Shown in pieces: positions 27,278 to 39,158 of a stretch of 64,000 bases of DNA. Made by a program: the position numbers and the translations under genes. The stretch is from the NCBI GenBank assembly GCA_965112735.1, contig OZ218952.1, positions 5,394,001-5,458,000 of the forward strand, written 5' to 3'. The DNA comes from Phaeosaccion multiseriatum (lineage: Eukaryota > Protista > Ochrophyta, other classes). Each line of letters starts with the position of its first letter. The stretch's first letter is position 1. Below the pieces are notes generated by a model. It saw nothing but the letters and a program-made list of their open reading frames with translations, ran no database searches and had not been told where the DNA came from.

Positions 27278-30274
27278 ATGGCGTATGGTTTGGGCACGAG
27301 GTTCATCTCTGAGATGCTGGCTATGGGTGTTGTGATTTACATCGGGGATAGTGTCATCTCTAACGAGGTGCTGCCGCGCACGAAGGGCCACAACTTAGGT
27401 ACACCCGTTACCCTTTTCTTCTCTCCCCTCTCTCCCCTCTCAGTCCACTCTAACTAACATCTTTTTCTTGGCTCCCACACGTCTCAGGGCTTGGATTCGT
27501 GGCTATTTGCTTTGGAATGGTGAGTTTGGTCCTGCAGGCACATTTCGGTTCATCAGCCAATTTGAAGAGATGGTGTACGCTTTTTGATTGATCCAAGGGA
27601 CAAGGCCTTGGAAGCAGCAAGTGCTGTCTACTCGTGCTCAACCCTCCTCCAATCCCTCCCTCTCAGGCCTTCTTCATCCCCATCTCAATGTTTGGACATA
27701 TATCCGCCACCGTGAACCCCGCGATGCTACTGGCGAAGGCCTTCACCGGCAAATTGCCCTGGAAGGATGCACTTGCGCTAATGGTCGCGGACTTCATCGG
27801 TAAGTAAGGAGAGAGAGAGGGAGAGAGACTCGGCTTCCAGAGACCTCTGGCTGAATTACTAGTTGTTCTCAACTAAGACACAAAGGCTATGAAGCTATAG
27901 CGCCTGACTCCTTCCCGACTCATCTAGGCGCCTTCCTCGGGGCTATCATGGTGTACTTGCACCACATCTGCCACTTCAGCATCGTGCCCGAGGCCCCTTC
28001 TCCCCCCCGTTGGGCGGACCGCTTCACCAGCGCGGCAGGCCGCAAAGCCATCACTTCGGACACCAGGTACAAATGTAAATGATCGGAGATGGAGCAAATG
28101 CAATACTCGCGATCTGACATCCGCTCGCCCGCCCCCCCCCCCTCCCTCGCCTCCCTCTGTTCCTCGCCCTCACTCTCTCCCACCGGCCCATCCACCCAGA
28201 GACGCCTTCATCTCCGCAGACCCCGCCAGCTGTGTGGTGCCATCCCCAACTCTCTCTCCTGGCGAGCGCCGCGGGGGTGTAAAGCGTCTGAAGGCAGTCC
28301 TGCAGCTGCGGTGGCGCCCCCGGGTTTCTTTGCGACGTCGCAGAGAAGGAGGAGGAGCAGCAGGAGGAGAAGGACGTGGCTCGTCCGCTGGTAAGCCATC
28401 TGAGATAGCAGCAGAAGAGGGGGCGGCAGCAGCAGGAGGAGGAGGCGGAGGAGGAGGAGGAGGAGGAGGAGGAGGAGGAGGAGAAGCAGTGGGAGTGGCA
28501 GGGGGGCGACGCGGATTGGAGATGCGCAAGGTGTGCTCCATGATGAGTATGGCAGTGGATGGCAAGAGCCGACTCGACGACAGCACGCACAGTATACAGG
28601 TGAGAGTAGCGAGGGAGGAGGGAAGAAGGGTGAATGTGTACGCGCCCGTCTCCCTCCACCCTCCATCCACCCTCTCCCCTGCCCCCTCCCTCCCTCCCTC
28701 GTTCCCTCCCTCCCTTCTTCTACCCTCCTTGTCCTGACACCGAGGAGCGCAGGTGGCGTCTCTCCTGCACGAGCACGACAAACTCCGTGACGACGATTAC
28801 CTAAGGCTCGAGGCCCTGCAGGAGGCACCCAACGCCTTGAGAGGGCCACTTCTGGAGCTGTGTCTGCCTCGGGCCCGGCCCGCACCAGACCTACTCTATG
28901 GGGGTGGAGGAGACGGCGACAATGACGATGGTGAGTGAGTGAGTGCGTGAGGGAGTGAGTGAAGGAGTGAAAGAGTGAGGGAGGGAGTGAGGGAGTGAGT
29001 GAGTGAGTGAGTGAGTTAATGGTGCAGTGATTGATTGAGTGAGTGAGGGAGGGAAGGAGGGAGTGAGTGAGTTAGTGAGTGGATGAGTGCAAAGGGTGGA
29101 AAAGAGGGTGGAGTAAGGGCTGCGTGGGGAGAGAGAGAGAAGGGGAGGGGGGGGTGCGGAAGGAGAAGGACCACAGCGGGCAGGGTGGCGAACGAAACTG
29201 ATGGGACTAGGATCACGTGTTGGTTATCCAGTGGTCGAGCGCGTGGGCCTCTACGAAACTTGAGCTGCGTGCGATGGCTCGACTGTGCGTGCGTCGGCTT
29301 GTTTGCCATCGTTCTTGTCTTACCTGTCTTATCTGTCTATTGGTTGGTTGGTTGGTTGGGTGGTTGGTTGGTTGGCTGGCTGGCTCTTCTCTCTCTCCCT
29401 GCTGACACAAACCAGGCAAGCCGCACGAGGGGGGGGATCAGGCGTATAATGAACTCGTAGAAGCCTACAGAGGACGCATCCTCGCAGACCAAAACGCCAA
29501 ACTCACCTGCTTCTGCACCCGCCCGGCCATCTACGCCCCGCCCTTCAACTTTGTAAGTCATCAGACGCACGCACGCACACTCAACCTCTTACCCTCTGAC
29601 CCTCTGACCCTCTAACTAACCTCTCTGATCGTCTCTTCTTCCTCACTGTTTATCGCCTCTTCTTACTCACTGAGCCTTTGATCCTCCTACTATTTAACCT
29701 CTGATATCACCTTCTGTAACCGACCTTTCACCTTCGAACCTCTGAGACTGTGACCCTCTGACCTCTTGTCCCCCTGACTTCTCTCTCATATCTCTCCTTA
29801 ATCTCTGAAACTTTGAACGAACGTCCTCAGCTCACGGAGGTACTGGGCACTTTCCTGCTCCTGTGGGCCGCACTAATGCTGGAGGAGAGGAAGGTTATCG
29901 GAGCAGGGGACGACACAGGCGCGGTGATAGACTTGCTCGAGCCGCTGCTCATCGGCTTCCTCGTCGTCGGCTTGGTCATGGCACATGCCGGTGAGGGAGG
30001 GAGGGAGTGGGTGGGGGGGTGGAGGGTGGGTGGGTTGAGTGAGTGAGTGAGTGAGTGAGAGAGTGAGCGAGTGAGCGAGCGAGTGAGTGAGTGAGTGAGT
30101 GAGTGAGTGAGTGAGTGAGTGAGTGAGTGAGTGAGTGAGTGAGTGAGTGAGTGAGTGAGTGAATGACTGAGCTCGAGCAGGGCGGGATTTGCTTCTCTGC
30201 GGCGCCTCGCCCTGCTGACCACTCTCTTGTACACACACATACACACACTCACACACACATGCACACGCACACAC

Positions 30275-30317
<43 letters not shown>

Positions 30318-31339
30318 CACGCACACGCACGCACACGCACGCCTACTGTCATAGGCCCCACTGGATACGCCGCCAACCCGGCGCGTGACATGGGCCCCCG
30401 ACTGGCGCACTTCTTTCTCCCTATACCCAACAAGGGCGGTTCAGAGTTCTACTACTCATGTGAGTGTGAGGGGGTGTGGCTCAGGAGCCGAGTCAGAACG
30501 CAGGGGTCGGTGTGAGGGAGACAGGCAGGCAGGAGCAACGATGCAGGGGTTGTGAGGCACGAATGCGCAAGAGCGAGGGCGCGGTCTGACAAGGCACGGA
30601 AGCGAGGCGCTCTGTCCTATGTGTGCTCCAACCTTCGTTGCCGTCACGCTGCTGGCCTCCCTCCCTCCTCACCTCTCACTCTCTCTCTCCTCTCTCACTT
30701 CCTCCCCACTCAACTCACTCACTCACTCTCTCTCTCGCACTTCCCCCCCCACTCAACTCACTCACTCACTCTCTCTCTCTCGCGCTTCCCCCCCCACTCA
30801 ACTCACTCACTCACTCTCCCTCTCACTTCCTCCCCACTCAACTCACTCACTCACTCACTCTCTCTCTCGCACTTCCCCCCCCACTCAACTCACTCACTCA
30901 CTCTCTCTCTCGCACTCCCCCCCCCACTCAACTCACTCACTCACTCTCCCTCTCACTTCCTCCCCACTCAACTCACTCACTCACTCACTCTCTCTCGCAC
31001 TTCCCCCCCCACTCAACTCACTCACTCACTCTCCCTCTCACTTCCTCCCCACTCAACTAACTCACTCACTCTCCCTCTCAATTCCTCCCCACTCAACTCA
31101 CTCACTCACTCACCCACTCTCTCTATTCATCTCTGTCTCCCTCTCCTTGTTGATCCACCTCTCCGCCCCCCCCCCCCCCCCACCTTACTCTCTCTCATCC
31201 TCATCCTCCAGGGGTGCCCTTCTTTGGCCCCTACATGGGGGGCTTCCTTGCAAGTCTTGCCTTCCAAGGCTGCAGACTGATGAATCACTACCCCGACAGT
31301 AGCTACGTCAGCAGGTCGTTCGGCGGAAGCTGGAACTGA
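27278..31339 (+). CDS. GlpF-like aquaglyceroporin (GIP-type MIP) with very long loop C
   Basis: 10 exons: 27278-27398, 27488-27519, 27667-27799, 27928-28067, 28200-28599, 28753-28931, 29416-29552, 29831-29990, 30355-30458, 31212-31339. Motifs [67 protein letters not shown]. Confidence 0.93.
30670..31125 (+). repeat. Compound minisatellite in last aquaporin intron
   Basis: About ten ~40-bp units of CACTTCC(T/C)CCCCACTCAACTCACTCACTCACTCTC..., with variants recurring in order. Confidence 0.8.
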
Positions 31340-31728
31340 GTACTCATCGTCTCGGCCTCTTCCATGTTTTGTACATTGTAGAGGTCCTCTACACAGAGTG
31401 TAGACATCACCCGACCCCACACCATGCCCATAATGTCATGTCCGATGGCGTGGTGGCGGATCGGAAACGGACTCTTGTGTGACTCTTGCCTTTCAGAGCG
31501 TTTGTCTGCGGCGGTGAACCGAACAATTCTTGTTGATGTTCGACGCTAATAGTGTTTGTTGCACATTCTTCAATTAAAGTGCCACGCACTAATGGAAGTG
31601 GGGAAAAAGCGAACTAAACAAAGAAGTTGGAGCCAATAACCTCCTTCCATCCTAATCCTACGCAAGGAGCCTTTCCACCTCTACCTTGTACCACAACGTT
31701 TTGAGTCGAGAAACACTCAACCTTGGCT

Positions 31729-32127
31729 GGGGGGAGGGGGCCTCGGCCGGGCACGAACGATGCTGAGCGAAGTGGCAGATATGGCTGGTGCAACCAGGTA
31801 CACCATGATGCCCCGAGGAAGCAAGGCGCCTAGCTAGATGCGTCGTATCATTCATTGGAATGGAGTCAGAGGCGCTATAGCTTCATAGCCTTCATGTCTT
31901 AGCAATACTGAAACCAGAGGCCTCTGGCTGGAAGCCCAGTCCAAGTGGCTGAGTGCAGACTTGCTCGTCTCTCCTCTCTCTCTCTCTCCTTACCGATGAA
32001 GTCCGCGACCATGAGCGCCAGTGCATCCCTCGAGCGAGGCAATTTGCCGGTGAAGACCTTCGCCAGTAGCTAGACATCGTGCGTGGCGGACATGTGTCAA
32101 AACATTGAGCGAGATGGGGATGAAGAA
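31729..32127 (-). pseudogene. Inverted, decayed partial duplicate of the aquaglyceroporin gene (exon 3 - intron 3 - exon 4)
   Basis: Reverse complement aligns to 27670-28008, including intron sequence (AAGGCTATGAAGCTATAGCGCC). NPA codons deleted; many frameshifting insertions. Confidence 0.92.
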
Positions 32128-33063
32128 CCAAGTTCGCGTCGTGACCCTCACGTAGTACAGATGTCGCCAACACGTTCACATTTAGCACGTACAATTCAGT
32201 GCGATTCATTGACAGATGCATCGAGAGCAGCTACCACTTTCGCTTGGCAGAAGCGGGCACCCCATCCCACCGCCCAAGCGTCCGTCCTACAGGCGTGCGG
32301 CCAGCGGTGCCTGGCAAGCTGCTGCAGCACAGAATCACTGGCACTTCATTCTCCGCCTCCGCCTCGGCCTCGGCGATCAAAGAGTAAACACCTCCGGAGC
32401 TCTCCCTGCCTCGCTCGCTGTGTCTCGGTCGCTGTGCACCGCAGGCAGTCAGGCAGGGGCGCCTCTGCGCCGAAGACCTCGTCCCTGTGGGAGGGGGTGG
32501 GCGGGGCGGATACCCTTCTCACCCCTGCCACACACACTACAACGCCCCGCTCCAGGCAATGCTCGGAGCGCGCTCGAGCATAGTCCACACGGCAGAAGGG
32601 GCGGGGAACGGGCGAAGGGGGGGGGTTGCGTTCGAAGTTGGAGCCTGCAGAACCTGACCAAGAGGCCGTGGAGCCCCGCCCCGCCTGACTTATTGCTGAG
32701 CTGAGAGCTGAGCTGAGTGGTGAGCCGGGCCGAGGCCGAGCGGTGTGCCCAAGTGGGCCTGGCCCCGTCTGTCCTTCTGCGGCAAGGACTGCGGCAAGTG
32801 GGGGACCCCATCTTTCACTCCTGCGTTTTAATTCCACCCGTCGCCAGTGTGTGTGTGTGTGCGTCCCGAGGAGAAGAGAAGGAAGCGACAGGGTGCTGCT
32901 GCCACACGCAAAGGTTTTGGTGGTTGATGACTATCGGTCGGACCTTGGTGTGGAGACAGAGATGGAGGAGGATGGATGCTCCCTCCTCTCTGTGCGTGTC
33001 CCGCAGTGTGGAGAGGGCTCAGCGGACGCGCGTCAGCAGCAGCAGTTGGTGATACACACTTCC

Positions 33064-34286
33064 TCAGCAGTAGTCATAATCGCTGCTGGCTTGGGGCTTT
33101 GGGGCTGCCGGCTGAGAGGCATCCTTGAGTAACTGCTGCATGCCCTCTTCGAAAGAGCCGTCGCACCCCCCGCGGGGCTCCATGGCGCCTGCAAGAGGGA
33201 GGGAAGGAGGGGGATGGAAGGAAGGAAGGAAGGTGGGGCAGAGGGAAAGAGCGTGGGGCGGGTATTGCTGTGGGTTGGGGGGAGTAGCAAGTACCGAGTC
33301 GGCTCCACAACGCTTGCCTTCCGTACTGTTCAGATTGGAGGAGAGGTGCTGCTCTCCATGTGAGACGATGGTCAGGTGTAACGCAGCAACGCAACACATA
33401 CATCCTCTACTCATGGGAACGGTAAAATCGACGTATGAAATCGACGTATAGACCATAGGGTGGAAAGGAAAGGATACACAGGACACGCCAACACCCCCCT
33501 CCATTCCCTCTGCTTCTTACCATTGCCCCACTTGATTGCGACGCAGGGGCCAAGTCCACACATGCCGAGGCAGTCCGAGCTCTCCACACTCACAGCAGGA
33601 CTGCTGCTGCCTTCCAGCGCAGCCGAGCCGTCCTTCAGAGCCCGCATGGTCATTGCCGCTCCCTGCTGCAGGCAATCCACCTCCATACACACCAGAAGAC
33701 TACTGCTCTCCTGCTGCTTGGCAGCCACTACCTTGGGCTTCTTCTTCTTCTGTGGGGGCTTTGCCTTTGCCTTCAGTGCTGGCGGTGGCGTTGCAGCACC
33801 TCCTTTCTTAGCTTTTTTGCTGCTTGACGCTGCCGCCATTTTGGATTTCTTTCTGCTCGCCTTCATGGCCACCAGCGATTGCGCCCTCCGAGCTCGGGGG
33901 CCCAGTGCATTGGGCGTGGCGGGCAGCATAGGCCTGCCCCCTCCTCCTTGCACAATCGTCGAACTGAGAAAGCCTCGTGCAGGCTACCGATGGGCGCGAC
34001 ATCAAAAGGCAAAGGACACAAGTCTGTGAGTGTTAAGCGAAGGAGGGTGAAGAAGAAGGCGTGGTGGGGAGAGGTGGATGGTCGACGGAGGCGTCGTCGT
34101 TGGTAGGTGGGAGAGTGGCCAGGTGGGGATATGCGGCCCAGGAATGAGCGGTGAGCGTGCAAAAGTGTGGAGGGAGACAGCAGAGTGTCGAGAGAACCGT
34201 AAAGGGCCCAGCAAGGAATAGCCGAAGTTCGTTTTCACCTGTGAGGTCGCAAACATCAAGATCGCGGTCACGGAGAGAGACAACAT
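33064..34286 (-). CDS. Thioredoxin-like [2Fe-2S] ferredoxin-domain protein, probably plastid-targeted; 3' end uncertain
   Basis: Exon 34286-34239 (MLSLSVTAILMFATSQ) splices in phase to 33983-33521 (PARG-FLSS..., Lys-rich stretch, LVCMEVDC...SDCLGMCGLGPCV = Cx4C/Cx3C ligands). Last exons unresolved. Confidence 0.7.
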
Positions 34287-34492
34287 CCTGCTACCTCCTG
34301 CTACGACACCTAGTCTCGCTACTTCGACAAGCAAAGCGACCAAAGAGGAAGGAATAAGAGGGAGGGAAAGAAGGAAGGAAAAACCTTTAAGTGCCATCCG
34401 GGTAGGAGCCACGCACGCGTTCACAGATGGCAGAATTCTTCTCTTTTTTTTCTTTTCTCCTTTCTCCTCTATAAGCTTGTCTTGTAGAGGGG

Positions 34493-35877
34493 ATGGGGGC
34501 AGGAACGACAGCCACGAAGGCGATGGCTCATGTCCTTCTCCTGGCCGCCAGTTCCCGGCTGCCCGTCGGCTCGAGGGCCCTCGTTCAGACCTTCTTTTGC
34601 TCTGCTTGTGGCGCCGTGTCGAGGAAACAGCAGCAGCGAGGGCATGTCCAAAGCCTGCAGAGCAGCAGTACCGACCCCGTGCCTTGCAGCTTGAGCGGCA
34701 TTAGCAGCAGCTATAGCAGAGGGAGGGTTAAATGTCACCTTGGGAGGGGAGGAGGCGTTGTCCGCGGTCGCCCAAGCAGCAGCTTCTGTAACAATGGGGA
34801 CGCTGTTTGCAGCTCGGGCGGCAGCAATCATAGTTTCAGCAGCAGCAGTGCCGGGGGTAGCGGTGTCTCACTCGAGACAAGGTCATCTTCGGGGAAAGTA
34901 CCACCGGGAGAGAAGGAGAGGGGGAGCGAGAGCATGAGCCCGGGGGGGCGCCTTCCCACTCTCTTCGACTTTAGCTTCTATCTCGGAGATGAACCAACCT
35001 CACGTGAGCCAATAGCAGGAGGAGCAGGAACGTCCTTACCAAGCGAACAGGGGGAAGTCGCGGCAAGATGTGTAGCTGTGCGCATGCCGACAGATGGGGA
35101 AGGCCGCGCGGCTGCAGAGGCCGAGCTCCTGGAGGAAGAGGTGCGCTACTGCGCCTCCCTTCACCCTCGACGACAGGTAAAGGAAACCAATATCAACTCT
35201 GTGTGCTTTGGTAGCAATAGCACCTATAGATCCAGCCATGTGTTCACCTAGCTGTGCCGCTTAGTCCTTGGGTCACTCAACTCTCTCCGCTCCCCCCCCC
35301 CCTGCAGGCTACTTTCCTGGGTGGGCGGGTAGCTCTCCTCCGGGCCTTGACTCTGCTTCACACCCCGCTGGACTCGGACTCGAGCACACCCCACGAGAGC
35401 AGTAAGGACGCAGGCAGCGTCCACTCTCCCTCTCTTCCCCTCGGCCCCTACGAACGCCCACCCCCATTCGGCCCGGAGCTGCTGCTCCCACCCATTCTGA
35501 AAACCGCCTGCGGTGCCCCCGTGCTGCCCCCCACCCTGCACGGGAGCATCAGCCACAAGAATGACGTGGCCGTGGCCATCGCCTGGCAGAGCGGCAGCAG
35601 CAGTAGAGACGCCCCGCCTCACCATCTCGTCGGGGTCGATTTGGAGAGTATCAATGTGCAGCGCAAGGCCGGCTTGGAGAGGCGCATCCTCACCAAGAGC
35701 GAGGTGGAGGAGTGGGACTCACGGCGGTTACAGAGCCTCACCGCTGCAGAGGAGCTGTTGGTGCGCTTCTCAGCCAAGGAGGCCCTCTACAAGGCGCTCC
35801 ACCCCGTGTTGGGAAGGACCATTGACTTCCAGGAGGCCCAGGTTACGCCTCGAGACCCACCGAGTAGTAGCAACAGA

Positions 35878-35908
<31 letters not shown>

Positions 35909-36213
35909 GCAGCAGTGGTCGCACTAGCACTAATAGTAGCAGCATTGGCAGGAGTCCGTGGGGAGCAGAAGGAGGAGAGGCGGCAGGAGCAGGTGTGGAG
36001 CTGGAGGGCGAGGGTGGGGCAGGGGTAGGGGGCGAGTGCGAGGTGGAGCTACTCATGGAAGAGGCACAGGGTATGCGGGCCCGAGGCTACTGGAGGAAGG
36101 TGCTGGATGGGATGGCCCTTACCTGCGTGCACGTCGTGCAGGCCCCCCAAGAGGGAGCAGCAGCAGCAGCAGCAGCAGCAGTTGGTGATACAGCAGAACA
36201 AGAAGTGAGCTGA
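34493..36213 (+). CDS. 4'-phosphopantetheinyl transferase (EntD/Sfp-like)
   Basis: Exons 34493-35176 and 35308-36213. RRQATFLGGRVAL, GAPVLP..GSISHK, VGVDLE, RILT..E, FSAKEALYKA. Long Ser-rich N-terminal extension; alternative ATG at 34523. Confidence 0.9.
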
Positions 36214-36502
36214 AGCTGAGGCCTGCGCCTGCCTGCGGACAGAAAGAAGCCTTTCGTTTGATTTACATACGTCAATCACAAGATTATTTTGCAGAGTCGT
36301 TGATGCGCTACTCCTCGTGTGAAGACTAACGCTCTGGGCTCTCTCCTCTCTGCCTCTCTCCCTCACCCTCACGAGACTCAAGCAAGAGCAGGGGGATTTC
36401 TCCACCCCAGATGGCGGTCTCGACGCCCCAAGCAGAGCAGCAACAGGTGGTTATACAGTTACACAGGCAAAAGCACCGGAAACCCTCCTTTAGTCAGTCC
36501 TT

Positions 36503-38512
36503 CTACTGCTGGAGGTTGCTCCTCCCACAGGACCCAAGCCAAGGGTCTTGCGCAGATGTCTGGGGGAGCCTGAAGATCAGAGCCACCTGTGGTGTTGTTG
36601 TAGGTCGGCCATCATGACGGTTACAATTCGGTTAACGGCTTCAAAGGGAGAAGAGAATACTAAATAGGCCAGCCAGCAGTGCACAGGGCAAGAGACGCAC
36701 ACATCACGCACCCGTCCAATTCCCTTCTCATGGAGGAAGGCCCCTGGAGTGCCAGGGCCGAAGAGGTTAGAGGGGGCTGTCTCCGGGGGTAGCACGCTGA
36801 TAACCTTCAAGAGGAGGAAAGGAGGGGGTGAGTTCTTAGAACCTTCCTTGGTCGTGCGCACTAGGACACAGCAGGAAGCGCACGGGGTGGCCAGTGCGAG
36901 TAATCAAAGTGACAAGGGAGGGGAGGATGCAGCAGCCCCACCTCCCCATCCCGCCCGCCCCCTCCACGCACCACGCAACCACCCACACCCACACCTGGTG
37001 AAGGAGCATGTCGCCGTCGAAGAACAGCACGTCTTTGGGAGATAGATTCATCAACAGAGTGAGGGAGAGGCAGGAAGGAAAGAGAGGGGTGAGAGAAGAA
37101 GACAAGAAAAGAAAGGCCTACTACTGTGTGATGCAGGCATCATCAGCCTTGCTTACGGTCTTGTGGTACTCCCACTCTCCTTACTTACCGCCGCTGTCAA
37201 CTGTGACTGTAAAGCTCTGAGAGGGAGGTAGCCTCTCGTGCTCGTCCTCTGGATCTGCCAGATCAAATCTAGGGAGGGGGGAGGGAGGGAGGGAGGGAGG
37301 GAGGGAGGGAGGGAGGGAGGGAGGGAGGGAGGGAGGGAGGGAGGGAGGGAGGGAGGGAGGGAGGGAGGGAGGGAGGGAGGGAGGGAGGGAGGGAGGGAAT
37401 GCTCACCTATTTTATTGGTTTGTCCGGCCGGATAACCATGTTACTAACCTGTTGGCGCAGCACCACCTGATCCCTTGGCCCAGAGAGAGGAGGATGGTGG
37501 GGCCTGATGTTCCATCCCTATGGGCAGGGAGGGCGGCCCTGCCCTCCTTGCTGTACGTCCTGCTCCCAGCAGTAGGTCCACATCAAGACGAAAAGCATCC
37601 AACAAAAAGAATGGGGGGTGGTATTAGGTCAGCACAAGGAATGCTCCTCATGGAGTAAGCAATGCTCCTCACGGTGTGGACAACTTTCCACCAAGCAATA
37701 GCCGTCATTGATCCGCGTCGGTCCCTCCCTCCCCCCCCTCCCCTTCGGCCGACCCCCTCGCTCCTCCTGACGTACTTGTACGTCCTGCGGATAAGACGGA
37801 TGGCATCAGGCGTGCCTTCTGCACTCTCGTCGAGCAGTTCAGCGAGCCTTTTGAGATGCAACTCTATGAGTGGGGTCTTCGCTCCTGCATCCTGGCCGAG
37901 CAGGCTGAGGAGCGACTTGATCATATTCCACCCCTTCTCCTTCACAGGCGTGGAGTTCAAGCTGTGGGGGAGGAGGAGTAAGTGGGTGGGTGGGTGGTTG
38001 GGTGGGTGAGGGAGGGAGGGGGAGAGCAGACGACGAGGAGCCAGGACTTGCGCCAAGCAAAGCATTCGTGGCGGCAATTCAAAGTACTCGACTCACGGGG
38101 GGTAGTGGGCATCTCCGGAGAGTACCAGGGGCAACCGCCCAGAGCGTCTCGAAGCTCCTCCTCCTCCTTCTCGCGCCACGTCAGCGAGCCCGGCGTGCGA
38201 AGCCTCTCCTTTTCTAGCAGAGGCTCTAATTTCCTTCCCAGCAAAGTCCTCGTTAGAAGCGAGGGCGGCAAGGATCTGCTCTGTCTGCTCTGCGCTCACG
38301 GCATTCCGAATCAGAAAAAAGCTTTCGGCGGCGTCAGTGTCTGCTGGGGCCACAGGGTCCAGGCTGGGGGGCTGCGGGTCTCTGAGGCGTCTTTCGTTTC
38401 TCTGAAGACAGGCCGCGGTCGCTCTCTCATTTTCAAGGAGGAGAGCCGCAGTCTGCATGTCGCTCTGCATCTTCAAGCTCCGCTGATGATGGAGAAAGGG
38501 GGGAGAGAAGAA

Positions 38513-38581
<69 letters not shown>

Positions 38582-38948
38582 AAGAGGAGAAGACACCTGG
38601 CCATTCCATTCTCGCTTTGAAAGAGGGGGGGGGAGGGAAGGAAGAGAGAGAGACTGGAGGGGAAGCACTTACCACGCGGGCGCTCAGGTTCTTGTGGAGC
38701 TTTGGCGCAACCCCCGTGTTGTTGTTGGGCTTCACCCCGCCCTTGGAATGGAGCTTCCCCTTCTTCTTGGCCTTCTTCTTGTTGGTGCTTCCCCTCCTCT
38801 TCCCTTCTCTCCATCTCTGCCACCTTTCCCCCATCCTTCTGGTGTACTCAGCAGCAGCATCAGAGAAAGGCGATGCAGAAGCCGAGGTGGTCTCGGGCTC
38901 GCTGTTAGCCTCTTCACCCCTGCTTCGCGTCAGATCGATCACATCCAT
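36503..38948 (-). CDS. AlkB-like 2-oxoglutarate/Fe(II) dioxygenase
   Basis: ~8 exons assemble FFLIRNAVS, RRTYNKEGRAALPAHRDG (HxD), TILLSLG, VDSGDVLFFDGDMLLHQV (distal His), GIGRVALIFR (Rx5R). One internal junction (~37215-37465) is tentative. Confidence 0.75.
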
Positions 38949-39158
38949 GATGGGGTGGTGGGCGGGGAAAAAATATAAAATGGGGTGTGATGAAATCACG
39001 CGCCAAACATCAACCAAGCAAGTCAACAAAAAAGGTATATGGGCCTCGCTTCACTTGGATCTCGTGTAAGTCATTGATATCCCCCCCCTGGGTCGCGCTA
39101 AAGAACACCCTACGCTCAACGCCTTATCCCTCTCTCTTGCATCGAGGGCCGGCACACC

